Shown: positions 1 through 12,494, counted from the first letter of the stretch. The stretch: DNA of 64,000 bases from Nocardioidaceae bacterium (GCA_035690905.1 DASSKA010000109.1:319-64318); one strand, 5' to 3'. The notes: generated from the sequence alone by a model not told the origin. Numbers and translations are program-made.

Positions 1-660
1 GTGCTGCTCGCCGTCGTCGGGTTCGCCAGCGTCGTCCAGGTGCGGGCCAACGAGGGCAGCGACCGGTACGTCGGGATGCGCCAGGGGGACCTGATCCAGC
101 TGCTCAACTCCCTGTCCACCGCCTCGCAGCGCGCCGAGAACGAGATCGCGAGGCTGCAGCAGACCCGGAACACGCTGCGCAACGACACCGACAGCCGCCG
201 CGCCGCGCTCGAGCGGGCCCGGCAGCAGGCGAACACTCTCGGTATCCTCGCCGGCACGCTGCCCGCCGAGGGGCCCGGTGTCCGCGTCTCCATCACCGAC
301 CCCAACGGCAAGGTGGGCACCGACCTGATGCTCAACGGCGTCGAGGAGCTTCGGGACGCCGGCGCGGAGGTGATCGAGATCAACGACTCGGTCCGGGTGA
401 TCGCGCAGACCTCTTTCAAGGACGGGCTGCGCGGGATCATCGTGGACGGGCACCAGCTCTCCCCGCCGTACACCATCGACGCCATCGGCAGCCCGCACAC
501 CCTGGCGCCGGCGTTGGCCTTCACTGGCGGGTTCATCGACGAGATCGAGAGTCCGGCTATCGGGGGCAAGGTCGTGGTGACCCAGTCGCAGAGCATCGAG
601 ATCGCCAGCGTCCGGCAGCCGGCCCAGGCGGACTACGCCCGTCCGACCAACAGCGGGTAG
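1..660 (+). CDS. DUF881 family protein (5' end probably truncated by the window edge)
   Basis: The ORF runs from base 1. The coiled-coil N-terminus and the GPGVRVSITD / ELRDAGAEVIEIND segments are typical of DUF881. It sits upstream of gcvH-garA as in other actinobacteria. Confidence 0.75.
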   Translation: MLLAVVGFASVVQVRANEGSDRYVGMRQGDLIQLLNSLSTASQRAENEIARLQQTRNTLRNDTDSRRAALERARQQANTLGILAGTLPAEGPGVRVSITDPNGKVGTDLMLNGVEELRDAGAEVIEINDSVRVIAQTSFKDGLRGIIVDGHQLSPPYTIDAIGSPHTLAPALAFTGGFIDEIESPAIGGKVVVTQSQSIEIASVRQPAQADYARPTNSG

Positions 661-697
661 CCTGCACCCGTCCGATCGGCAGCCCCGAAGGAGTCCC

Positions 698-1096
698 GTG
701 TACCCCGAAGACCTCAAGTACACCAGCGAGCACGAGTGGGTGCGCAGCCCGGGCGAGAACGACGGCGCGGTCCGCGTGGGCATCACCGACTTCGCCCAGG
801 ACGCACTCGGCGACATCGTCTACGTCTCCCTCCCGGACGTCGGCCAGGACGTGGACAAGGGCGCCGCCGTGGGCGAGCTGGAGTCCACCAAGTCCGTCAG
901 CGACCTCTATGCCCCGGTGAGCGGCTCGGTGGTGGCCCGCAACGAGAGCCTGGACGCGACTCCCGAGCTGGTGAACTCCGATCCCTACGGCGACGGCTGG
1001 CTGTTCGAGGTGCTTCCGTCGGAGCCCGACGAGCTGGACGCGCTGCTCGACGTGGGTGACTACACCGAGTCGCTCGAGGGCTCGTCCGGAAGCTGA
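698..1096 (+). CDS. gcvH: Glycine cleavage system H protein
   Basis: 132 aa. Has the YTSEHEWV N-terminus and the lipoyl-lysine motif ELESTKSVSDLYAP. A GGAG-type RBS lies upstream. Confidence 0.95.
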   Translation: MYPEDLKYTSEHEWVRSPGENDGAVRVGITDFAQDALGDIVYVSLPDVGQDVDKGAAVGELESTKSVSDLYAPVSGSVVARNESLDATPELVNSDPYGDGWLFEVLPSEPDELDALLDVGDYTESLEGSSGS

Positions 1097-1230
1097 GGCA
1101 CGGGACGGTCGGCGGCCGGGGGAATCGGGCTTGATCGTGCTCGGTCGGCTGATAGGTTCTTAGGAACCATCAACCTCGACTGTCACTTGAGGGTTCGACC
1201 GCTCGAGGGTTCGCGTCACTGGAGGTCGAC

Positions 1231-1788
1231 ATGCCGTTCTGCACCGCTTGCGGACACCGCAATCCCGACGACGCCCGGTTTTGCTCCCAGTGCGGCACGC
1301 CCATCGTCACCGAGCCGGCCGCGCCGGGTGCCCGCAGCGAGGAACCGGCCGAGACGACCTCGACGATCACGTTCGGCGGCCCCTCCAAGTCCGAGCTGGC
1401 CGAGGAGCGGACCCTCAACGAGGCCGACGCCGCGGCGGTGGACGCGCTTCCCGCGGGGAGCGCGCTGCTCGTGGTCCAACGCGGTCCGAGCGCCGGAAGC
1501 CGGTTCCTGCTGGACACCGACGTGGTCTCCGCCGGTCGGCACCCCGACAGCGAGATCTTCCTTGACGACGTGACGGTGTCGCGCCGTCACGCAGAGTTCC
1601 GCAGGGGGTCCGAGGGCTACCGGGTGGCGGACGTCGGCAGCCTGAACGGCACCTACGTGAACCGCGACCGGATCGACGAGGTGACCCTGCAAGGCGGCGA
1701 CGAGGTGCAGATCGGGAAGTACCGACTGGTCTACTTCGCGAGCCAGGCCAAGCCGGCGGCACCGAGCGAGTCTGGCGGAGCCCAATGA
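1231..1788 (+). CDS. garA: FHA-domain regulator GarA/OdhI homolog with an N-terminal zinc ribbon
   Basis: Contains a CTACGH..N9..CSQCG zinc ribbon, an ETTS phospho-acceptor-like motif, and a C-terminal FHA domain (GRHPDSEIFLDDVTVSRRHAEF...NGTYVN). RBS GGAGG at 1221-1225. Position between gcvH and the MerR gene is conserved. Confidence 0.9.
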   Translation: MPFCTACGHRNPDDARFCSQCGTPIVTEPAAPGARSEEPAETTSTITFGGPSKSELAEERTLNEADAAAVDALPAGSALLVVQRGPSAGSRFLLDTDVVSAGRHPDSEIFLDDVTVSRRHAEFRRGSEGYRVADVGSLNGTYVNRDRIDEVTLQGGDEVQIGKYRLVYFASQAKPAAPSESGGAQ

Positions 1789-1837
1789 GGTGCCGGTGAG
1801 TTCAGCCCGATGAGGACGACGCAGTGAGGACCGCGCA

Positions 1838-2572
1838 GTGAGGACCGCCCCGTCCGCGCGAGGACGGATGAGCATCGGCGAGGTGCTCGGGTTGCTGCGC
1901 CCCGACTTCCCCGAGATCAGCATCTCCAAGATCCGCTTCCTCGAGGCCGAGGGGCTCATCGAGCCGGAGCGGACCCCGTCCGGCTACCGCAAGTTCAGCC
2001 ACCAGGACGTGGAGCGGCTCAGGTACGTCCTGACCAGCCAGCGGGAGCACTACCTGCCGCTGAAGGTGATCAAGGAGCACCTCGACGCGCTGGACCGTGG
2101 CCTGCAGCCGCCGAACCTCAACGACGCCGGCCCGCAGGTGCCGCGGGTGGTGCTGTCCGGTGACGGCTACCCGTCTCCGGAGGCTTTCGCCACCGACGCG
2201 AGCGAGCTGCGGCTGTCTCGCCGCGAGCTGCTGTCGGCGGCCGAGGTCGACGAGACGCTGCTCGACCAGCTCGAGAACTTCGGGCTCGTCGTGCCCAGAC
2301 CGGGCTCCGCGCCGTACGACGGAGACGCGCTGGTGATCGCCAAGACGGCCGGCGAGCTGGCCGCCTTCGGCATCGAGCCGCGGCACCTGCGGTCCTTCAA
2401 GACCGCCGCCGACCGGGAGGTCGGCCTCGTCGACCAGGTGGTCGAGCCGATGCGCCGGGCAAGGGACGCCGGCGCCAAGGCGCGCAGCGAGGAGACCATC
2501 AAGACGATGGCGGCGCTCTCGGTGCGGCTGCACGCCGCGCTGGTCAAGAGCGGGCTGCGGGCGCACCGCTGA
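1838..2572 (+). CDS. MerR family transcriptional regulator (Rv1828/FtsR-like)
   Basis: MerR HTH at the N-terminus (MSIGEVLGLLRPDFPEISISKIRFLEAEGLIEPERTPSGYRKF). Conserved position downstream of garA. Confidence 0.85.
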   Translation: MRTAPSARGRMSIGEVLGLLRPDFPEISISKIRFLEAEGLIEPERTPSGYRKFSHQDVERLRYVLTSQREHYLPLKVIKEHLDALDRGLQPPNLNDAGPQVPRVVLSGDGYPSPEAFATDASELRLSRRELLSAAEVDETLLDQLENFGLVVPRPGSAPYDGDALVIAKTAGELAAFGIEPRHLRSFKTAADREVGLVDQVVEPMRRARDAGAKARSEETIKTMAALSVRLHAALVKSGLRAHR

Positions 2573-2635
2573 ACCCCTCGATTTCCCCGGTCGGCGGACC
2601 GGTTCACTGCTTTTCTTCAGGGGTACGCTGAACAC

Positions 2636-3103
2636 GTGCGTGAGGTAGACGTGATCGGTGTCCGTGTGGAGATGCCCTCCAACCAGCCCATCGTGCTGCT
2701 GCGTGAGGTGGACGGTGACCGCTACCTGCCCATCTGGATCGGGGCCGTGGAGGCGACCGCGATCGCCTTCGCTCAGCAGGGTGTCGTGCCGCCACGGCCG
2801 CTGACCCACGACCTGATCAAGGACCTGCTGGTCGCCACGGGCAACGGGCTGACAGAGGTCCAGATCACTGAGATGAAGGACGGCATCTTCTACGCGGTGC
2901 TGGTCTTCGACTCTGGTGTGGAGGTCAGCGCGCGGCCCTCGGACTCGATCGCCCTGGCGCTGCGCACGGGCACCCGGATCGTCTGCGCGGAGGACGTGCT
3001 GGCCGAGGCCGGCCTGGCAGTCCCGGAGGAGCAGGAGGACGAGGTGGAGAAGTTCCGCGAGTTCCTCGACAACGTCAGCCCCGAGGACTTCGAGAGCCAC
3101 TAG
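2636..3103 (+). CDS. Bifunctional nuclease family protein (DUF151, Rv1829-like)
   Basis: 155 aa. VLLREVDGDRYLPIWIGAVEATAIA and RPLTHDL are typical of the BFN/DUF151 family. Synteny agrees. Confidence 0.85.
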   Translation: MREVDVIGVRVEMPSNQPIVLLREVDGDRYLPIWIGAVEATAIAFAQQGVVPPRPLTHDLIKDLLVATGNGLTEVQITEMKDGIFYAVLVFDSGVEVSARPSDSIALALRTGTRIVCAEDVLAEAGLAVPEEQEDEVEKFREFLDNVSPEDFESH

Positions 3104-3149
3104 GACGAAAAGCCTCGACCTCAACCTCGGGTTGAGGGTTTGCGACACG

Positions 3150-3187
3150 CCGAGGCGGGAGCCCCCGGGATGATTGACCCGCCTCGG
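3150..3187 (+). terminator. GC-rich hairpin downstream of the nuclease gene (possible terminator)
   Basis: Perfect 10-bp stem, CCGAGGCGGG (3150-3159) with CCCGCCTCGG (3178-3187), and an 18-nt loop. It begins 47 nt after the stop codon. No clear U-tract. Confidence 0.35.
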
Positions 3188-3305
3188 CCCTGCGCCGTAC
3201 CTTGAGGTGTCTTCGCTGTAACTCCACCGTTGTGGTCCGCCCGGGCCCGACGGCTTCCCCAGCCGGAGCTGCAGGCAGAGCGAAGTGAGCTGACGGAGGT
3301 CAACC

Positions 3306-3914
3306 GTGACAGGCAACGGCGACAAGGCGGCGCAGCCGGACCCGAAGGCGGCCGAGGAGGCCGCTCGGACGGCCACCGTCGCGGAGGAGCAGGGTCTGCT
3401 CTTCGACGACGACGTCTCGCCCCTGCCCAGCGACGTCGGCTACCGCGGCCCGACCGCGTGCAACGCCGCCGGCATCACCTACCGCCAGCTCGACTACTGG
3501 GCGCGCACCGGGCTCGTGGAGCCGACCGTGCGCGGGGCTACCGGTTCCGGCACTCAGCGGCTCTACTCCTTCCGCGACATCCTGCTGCTCAAGGTGATCA
3601 AGCGGCTGCTCGACGCCGGGGTCTCCCTGCAGCAGATCCGTACGGCGGTGCACCACCTGCGTGCTCGCGGCACGGACGACCTGACTCGCGTCACCTTGAT
3701 GAGTGATGGGGCCAGCGTCTACGAGTGCACCAGCAACGACGAGGTCATCGACCTGCTGCAGGGCGGTCAGGGTGTCTTCGGCATCGCCATCGGCGGGGTC
3801 TGGCGGGAGATCGAGGGCTCGTTGGCCGAGCTGCCGAGCGAGCGGACCACCCACGAGGGCACCGACGACAAGGATGAGCTGGCGGCGCGCCGCCGCGCCC
3901 GGATGACGGGATAG
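3306..3914 (+). CDS. MerR family transcriptional regulator (Rv1830-like)
   Basis: GTG start. MerR HTH (ITYRQLDYWARTGLVEPTVRGATGSGTQRLYSFRDILLLKVIKRLLDAGVSLQQI). Synteny agrees. Confidence 0.85.
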   Translation: MTGNGDKAAQPDPKAAEEAARTATVAEEQGLLFDDDVSPLPSDVGYRGPTACNAAGITYRQLDYWARTGLVEPTVRGATGSGTQRLYSFRDILLLKVIKRLLDAGVSLQQIRTAVHHLRARGTDDLTRVTLMSDGASVYECTSNDEVIDLLQGGQGVFGIAIGGVWREIEGSLAELPSERTTHEGTDDKDELAARRRARMTG

Positions 3915-3944
3915 CCCAGTGGTAGCGTGGGGTCGCTGCTGACA

Positions 3945-4110
3945 TCGCGCGGGAGAGTCTTCGCGGCCCCGGCCGGACCGGACGCGAAGCGCCGAAGGGG
4001 CAAATCCTCCCCGGAACCTCTCAGGCGCCAGGACCGTGCGGGCGAGGCGACTCTGGAAGTGCGGCCGGGGCATCCGGCCGGGCCGACAGAGGGGGAGGCG
4101 ACTGACCGGT
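3945..4110 (+). promoter_or_regulatory. Glycine riboswitch in the gcvP leader
   Basis: The first aptamer has the hallmark elements GGGAGAG ... GCGCCGAAGGGGCAA ... CTCTCAGGCGCCAGGAC. A second CTCTGGA... element follows but is degenerate. The element lies directly upstream of the glycine dehydrogenase start at 4150. Confidence 0.7.
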
Positions 4111-4149
4111 AGACCGGCGCCCGCCGGTCGCACACCTTCGGGAGCCCCC

Positions 4150-7052
<2,903 letters not shown>

Positions 7053-7056
<4 letters not shown>

Positions 7057-8405
7057 GTGACGGCTGCCGGCCGGTCGCGGACCTGACCGCGCACCGGCTG
7101 CGGGCGCTGCTGGCGCACGAGCAGGCGACGGCGCGGCTGCCGTCCGTGTGCGCCGGGGTGGTCCGTGGGCCGGGGCTCGTGTGGACGGGGGAGCACGGCG
7201 CGACGACCGGGACCGTGCCGCCGTCCCCGGACGTGCAGTACCGGATCGGCTCGATCACCAAGACGATGACCGCGGTGCTGGTGATGCAGCTGCGCGACGA
7301 GGGGCAGATCGACCTCGCCGACCGGCTGGACCACCATCTGCCCGGGGTCGGCTACGGCGACCGGACGATCCGCAGCCTGCTCTCACACTCCTCTGGCATG
7401 CAGTCCGAGCCGGAGGGCCCGTGGTGGGAGCGCAGCCCGGGGGTGCCGTTCGAGGAGCTCGTCAGGGGGATCGACGGCGGCCGCGCGGCGCACCCGCCCG
7501 GTGCGACGTACCACTACACGAACCTGGCCTTCGGGCTGCTCGGCGAGCTGGTCGCCCGGCACCGCGACGTGTCCTGGTGGGACGTGGTGTGCGCCCGGCT
7601 ACTGGAGCCGCTGGGCATGGCACGCACGTCATACCTGCCCGAGCCGCCTGCCGCGACCGGCTACAGCGTGCATCACTTCGCTGGCACCCTCACCGAGGAG
7701 CCGGCACACGACGCGGGGGCGATGGCGCCGGCCGGCCAGGTCTGGAGCACGGTCAACGACCTGGCGCTCTGGGCGCGCTTCCTGCGCGACGGCGACGAGC
7801 GGGTGCTGTCGGCGGCCACTCTTCAGGAGATGGCCACCCCGCAGTCCGGTTCGGCCGTCGACGGGCTGGCCGGTGGGTACGGCCTTGGCCTGCGGCTGGT
7901 CTCCGGAGGCTCGGGCATGCTGGTGGGCCACACTGGCTCGATGCCGGGGTTCCTGGCCGGACTGCTCGTGGACCGGCCGCGGGGCACCGCCGCGGTGGTG
8001 CTCGCCAACGGCACGTCCGGGCTGCGCTGCGAGGGATTCCCCGCCGATCTGCTTGCCACGCTGGAGGACCTCGAGCCCTCGCTGCCGGCGCCGTGGGAGC
8101 CGAACGGCTCGGTGCCTGCCCAGGTCGAGGAGGTCCTCGGCGTCTGGCACTGGGGCAACACCGCCTTCGCGTTCGCGTGGACCGGTGCGGAGCTGGCGGT
8201 GAGCAAGCTCTCCACCGGTGTCGAGGCGCACCGGTTCCGGCCGTGCCAGGACGGTGGCTTCCTCGGCACCGCTGGCTACCACCACGGCGAGCGGCTGCAC
8301 GTCGTACGCGACCAGCACGGCACCATCAACCACCTGGAGTGCGCGACGTTCATCTACACCCGCAGCCCGTACGACCCGGCCGCGCCGATCCCGGGCGGCG
8401 TCTAG
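7053..8405 (+). CDS. Serine hydrolase / beta-lactamase-family protein
   Basis: Has the SxxK motif ([10 protein letters not shown]) and a YTN (YxN-type) motif. ATGA overlap with the gcvP stop. The exact start is uncertain. Confidence 0.75.
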
Positions 8406-9793
8406 AGCGCCTGGCTGACCGTGGACATGTTGAAGTCGGGCACGCGCAGCGCCGGCATCGCGGTGCGCGGGAAGTAGTCGCCCCACTCGCGGGAGAAGCC
8501 CGGCACCGTCGCCGAGGCGTGCGAGAACCGGCTCAGCAGGTCGACCGGGCTCTCGTTGAACCGGTAGTTGTTCACCGCCCCGGTCACCTCGCCGTTCTCG
8601 ACGAGGTAGACGCCGTCGCGGGTCAGCCCGGTGAGCAGCAGGGTCTGTGGGTCCACCTCCCGGATGTACCACAGGCAGGTCAGCAGCAGCCCGCGCTCCA
8701 TCCCGCCGACCAGCGTGTCGACTCCGCCGTCGGCGCCGTCCACGCTGAGCACCAGGTTGTCGATCGCCGGAGTCACCGGCTGCCCGGTGAGAGCGGCGGA
8801 GTGGCGGGTCTGCAGTAGCGCGGACAGCGTGCCGTCCTTGACCCAGTCGGTGCGATCGAGCGGCAGGCCGTTGTCGAACACGCTGCTGACGTTGCTGCCG
8901 GCCGAGGCGGTCACGAACGGTGCGGCTTCGAGGTCGCGGTACGCCGGGTCGGAGAACAGCTGCACCGGCTTGCTGGTGAGGGCCTCACCGATCCGGGTGC
9001 CCCCGCCGCGCGCTGAGAACACCGACTGTCCCTCGTGGGCTTCGCGGGCCGAGGCGCTCCAGTAGGCGTAGATCATCAGGTCCGCGACCGCGGTCGGCGG
9101 GAGCACGCAGTCGTAGCGGCCGGCCGGCAGGTCGACCTTGCGTTCCGACCAGCCGAGCCGCTTTGCCAGCGCCTGCTCCATCGCCAGCGGGTCGACGCCG
9201 GCGAAGTCGGTGGACGCGCCGCCGACCCAGGCGCTGGAGGACAGGTCCGCCGGCTTCGCGGTGCATCCGTAGTGCCCGGTGGGCTGGACGTGCCGCAGCC
9301 GCAGTCCGGTGGTGGAGCCGAGGTACGTCGTGGTCACGCCGTGCTCGACGAACCCGTAGAGCAGCCGACCGCCTGCGGTGGCTCGCCCGAACGCCTCGCC
9401 GAGGGCGGGTGCGAAGTCGGTGAACACCTCGATGGAGGTCTCGACCGGTTCCTCCTCCCAGTCCTTGGCTGCGTCGGTCGGCCGCACCAGCTCGGCGGCG
9501 TCCTCGGCCGGCGTGCTCTCCCGGGCGGCGGCGTCCGCGGCCTCGACCAGGGCGAGCAGCCGGGCGCTGTCGGCGGCACTCCCGGTGACTGAGCCGGAGG
9601 CGATACCGCCAGCGGTCGCCGCGAAGGAGACCACGGTGGCGGTCAGCTGGTGCATCACGCCGTTCGTGGTCAGTGTGCTGTTCGCCCAGCGCAGGTTCGC
9701 CTGCGTGGAGTCGTGCACGATCACCACGCAGTCGTCGGCACGCGAGGCCCGCAGCGCCTGCTCGACCAGCTCGTGGGGGGTGGGTGCAGTCAT
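8402..9793 (-). CDS. TldD/PmbA family metallopeptidase (PmbA/TldE-like partner)
   Basis: 463 aa with family-typical N- and C-terminal segments (RWANSTLTTNG, DGVYLVENGE). Lies immediately downstream of the tldD-like gene. Confidence 0.8.
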   Translation of the reverse strand: MTAPTPHELVEQALRASRADDCVVIVHDSTQANLRWANSTLTTNGVMHQLTATVVSFAATAGGIASGSVTGSAADSARLLALVEAADAAARESTPAEDAAELVRPTDAAKDWEEEPVETSIEVFTDFAPALGEAFGRATAGGRLLYGFVEHGVTTTYLGSTTGLRLRHVQPTGHYGCTAKPADLSSSAWVGGASTDFAGVDPLAMEQALAKRLGWSERKVDLPAGRYDCVLPPTAVADLMIYAYWSASAREAHEGQSVFSARGGGTRIGEALTSKPVQLFSDPAYRDLEAAPFVTASAGSNVSSVFDNGLPLDRTDWVKDGTLSALLQTRHSAALTGQPVTPAIDNLVLSVDGADGGVDTLVGGMERGLLLTCLWYIREVDPQTLLLTGLTRDGVYLVENGEVTGAVNNYRFNESPVDLLSRFSHASATVPGFSREWGDYFPRTAMPALRVPDFNMSTVSQAL

Positions 9794-9819
9794 CGGTTTC
9801 CTCTCGTGGCGGCAGGCGG

Positions 9820-11346
9820 TCAGTGGCCTGCTTCGGCGGCGGTGTTCAGCACCCGGATGTCGCGGAACAGGGCCGTCGGGCAGCCGTGCGAGACCGATGC
9901 GACCTGGCCGGGCTGTGCCTTGCCGCAGTTGAACGCGCCTCCGAGGAGGTAGGTCTGCGGCCCGCCGACCGCCTCCATGGCGCCCCAGAAGTCGGTGGTG
10001 GTTGCCTGGTAGGCGACGTCCCGCAGCTGTCCGGCCAGCCGGCCGTTCTCGATGCGGTAGAAGCGCTGGCCGGTGAACTGGAAGTTGTACCGCTGCATGT
10101 CGATGCTCCAGGAGCGGTCACCGACCACGTAGATACCGCGGTCCACTCCGGCGATCAGATCCGCGGTGTCCGGACCGCCCGGTGCCGGTTGCAGGGACAC
10201 GTTGGCCATCCGCTGCACCGGGATGTGACCGGGGGAGTCGGCGTAGGCACAGCCGTTGGAGCGGTCGAAGCCGTTGTCGCGGGCCATCGCACGGTCCAGT
10301 TGGTAGCCGACCAGCACCCCGTCCTTGACCAGGTCCCACTGCTGGGCCTGCACCCCCTCGTCGTCGTAGCCGATGGTGGCCAGCCCGTGCTCGACGGTCC
10401 GGTCCCCGCTGACGTGCATGACGGGGGAGCCGTACTTCAGCGTGCCGAGCTTGTCGAAGGTGGCGAACGACGTGCCGGCGTAGTTGGCTTCGTAGCCAAG
10501 GGCGCGGTCGAGCTCGGTGGCGTGGCCGACGGACTCATGGATGGTCAGCCACAGGTTCGAGGGGTGGATGACCAGGTCGTAGCGGCCGGCCTCCACCGAG
10601 GGCGCGGCGAGCTTCTCCGCCAGCAGGTCCGGCAGCGCGGCGAGCTCCTGCTCCCAGTCGTAGACGTCGCCTCCGACGTACTCCCAGCCACGACCCGTCG
10701 GCGGGGCGATGGTGCGCATCGAGTCGAAGCGCCCGCTCTCCGCGTCGGCACCGTAGACCTCCAGCCGCGGCATCAGCCGGACCCGTTGCTGGGTGGTCGT
10801 GGTGCCCGCGAGGTCGGCGTAGAACTTGTTCTCGACGACCTGGCGGACCAGGGCCGACGAGTGGGCCACCGCCGGCGCGTCGTGCAGACGCCGCGACCAG
10901 TCCTCGAGCAGCGCCACCTTCTCCGACAGCGGCACCGTGAGCGGGTCGACGTCGTAGCTGGAGACCCACCGAACGTCGCCGTGGACCGGTTCGGGGGCCA
11001 GCGCCACCGGTCGTGAGGTCATCGCCTTGGCGACCTGGGCGGTGCGTACCGCATTCTCGGTCACCCGCACCGCCGCCTCGGGCGTCAGCAGCACCCCGGA
11101 TGCGAAGCCCCACGTCCCGTTGTGCACCACCCGGACCGCCAGGCCGAGGTCCTCGGTGTCGTCCGCGCCCTGGAGGTGGCCGTCCCGGACCCGGATGTCC
11201 TGGCCGCGGATCCGCTCCAGCCGGAAGTCGGCGTGGTCGACCCCGAAGTCGCGGGCGCGGGACAAGGCGGCATCGGCGAGGCGGCGGAGGGGGAGTGCCA
11301 GGAACGCGGGATCGATCTCGTGCTCGGTGCGGGCGCCTGAGGTCAT
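9820..11346 (-). CDS. tldD: TldD family metallopeptidase
   Basis: About 508 aa from the ATG at 11346 (MTSGARTEH...). HESVGHATELD is the HExxxH-type metal site of TldD. The upstream 177 codons of the track ORF are Arg/Pro-rich and look non-coding. Confidence 0.85.
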   Translation of the reverse strand: MTSGARTEHEIDPAFLALPLRRLADAALSRARDFGVDHADFRLERIRGQDIRVRDGHLQGADDTEDLGLAVRVVHNGTWGFASGVLLTPEAAVRVTENAVRTAQVAKAMTSRPVALAPEPVHGDVRWVSSYDVDPLTVPLSEKVALLEDWSRRLHDAPAVAHSSALVRQVVENKFYADLAGTTTTQQRVRLMPRLEVYGADAESGRFDSMRTIAPPTGRGWEYVGGDVYDWEQELAALPDLLAEKLAAPSVEAGRYDLVIHPSNLWLTIHESVGHATELDRALGYEANYAGTSFATFDKLGTLKYGSPVMHVSGDRTVEHGLATIGYDDEGVQAQQWDLVKDGVLVGYQLDRAMARDNGFDRSNGCAYADSPGHIPVQRMANVSLQPAPGGPDTADLIAGVDRGIYVVGDRSWSIDMQRYNFQFTGQRFYRIENGRLAGQLRDVAYQATTTDFWGAMEAVGGPQTYLLGGAFNCGKAQPGQVASVSHGCPTALFRDIRVLNTAAEAGH

Positions 11347-11507
11347 GGGCACGAGGCTAGCGGGCTGGGTCCAGCGGCCCGCGATCAGCACGCAGCGGGC
11401 GCGCAGCGTGCCTCCCGGTCGCCGGGTCAGGCACAAATGCTGTACACGGCTCGCCGAGGCTGGGTGGGGGGACGAGCCACGAGACCCCTGAGACGTGTTG
11501 CATCGGC

Positions 11508-12494
11508 TCAGCCGGCGAGGGCGGTGCGCTCCAGACGTGCGTAGCTGGCCTCCATCCCGCTGACCATGCCGGTGCCGAGGACGATGTCGCGGGTGTCGGC
11601 GTCGGGGTAGGTGACCACGAGCGCGAGCAAGGTGCCGCCCTCGACGGGGGTCAGGGTGAGCTCGTTGACCGTTCCGGGGGCGTCGTCGGGGATCCCGTCG
11701 CCGTACATTCGCTCGGTGGTCACCGCGCGGTAGGGCGCCGCGACCTCGAGCAGCTCGCCGGTGGAGCCGAAGCTGCGTCCGCTGCTGTCCTCCAGCCATA
11801 CGTAGCGGTAGGTCTGGCCCACCTCGGTCGCCGTCTCGCACGTCGGCATCGACCATCCGTCGGGGCCCAGCAGCCACTGGGAGAGCAGCGCCGGGTCATG
11901 GTGGGCCACCCACACCTGCTGGACGGTGCCCCGGATGACTCGGCTGACCCGGACCGTGGTGTCGTCGAGGATCTGGGCGGCTGCCGGCAGGTCAGCGGCA
12001 AAGCTGCGCAGGTCGTCGAGCACGGCGTCGATCTGGCCCATGGCCTGGCGCATCCCCTCTTCCATGCCCATGTTCATGAGCTGCTCGAGCTCGTCGACGC
12101 TGTTGAAGAACGTCGTGGTGGTGAGGCGGGAGCCGGACGTGGTTGCCTCGAACTCGAAGTTCATCCGCATCGACGGCATGTCCGCGTTCGGCGTCCCGTC
12201 GGGGTGGCAGAAGCCGTCGCGGACCTCGAAGGAGTGTGGCGCCTTCACGTCGAGAAATTCCCAGTAGCCGCGGGCGACATCGCCGTCCGGGCCGACCATG
12301 GCGTACGCCGAGCGTCCACCCGGAAACATGTCGTGTCTGGTGAAGGTGGCCGGGTAGGTCGGTGGTCCCCAGAACTTCTCGAGCTGCCGGGGGTCGGCGT
12401 AGGCGTCCCAGAGCCGCTTCAGCGGTGCGCCGAAGTCGGCGACGACGGTCATGGTCAGCGCTACAGGGTCCTTGTGAACCGAGGTGATGGGCAT
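11508..12494 (-). CDS. SRPBCC (AHSA1/START-like) family protein with two tandem domains
   Basis: 328 aa. Two repeats of the Aha1/SRPBCC-type pattern (LWDAYADPRQLEKFWGPP and VWVAHHDPALLSQWLLGPDGW). The pairing with an upstream ArsR regulator is common. Confidence 0.7.
   Translation of the reverse strand: MPITSVHKDPVALTMTVVADFGAPLKRLWDAYADPRQLEKFWGPPTYPATFTRHDMFPGGRSAYAMVGPDGDVARGYWEFLDVKAPHSFEVRDGFCHPDGTPNADMPSMRMNFEFEATTSGSRLTTTTFFNSVDELEQLMNMGMEEGMRQAMGQIDAVLDDLRSFAADLPAAAQILDDTTVRVSRVIRGTVQQVWVAHHDPALLSQWLLGPDGWSMPTCETATEVGQTYRYVWLEDSSGRSFGSTGELLEVAAPYRAVTTERMYGDGIPDDAPGTVNELTLTPVEGGTLLALVVTYPDADTRDIVLGTGMVSGMEASYARLERTALAG

Noticed and set aside
8402-11346. The TldD/PmbA pair as a marker for a nearby RiPP/microcin-type precursor.
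   Set aside because: I found no small precursor-like ORF, cyclodehydratase or export gene adjacent to it. The flanking genes (serine hydrolase, SRPBCC/ArsR) give no support.
9820-11877. The extended 685-aa version of the tldD ORF. The same issue applies to the extended track ORFs for sbcC (to 16527), sbcD (to 17867), fdhD (to 18429), kdd (to 47609), helY (to 54333) and the FKBP protein (to 59989).
   Set aside because: The upstream extensions are Arg/Pro-rich, overlap neighbouring genes or intergenic regions, and lack homology-like sequence. Internal starts with an RBS or translational coupling give family-typical lengths.
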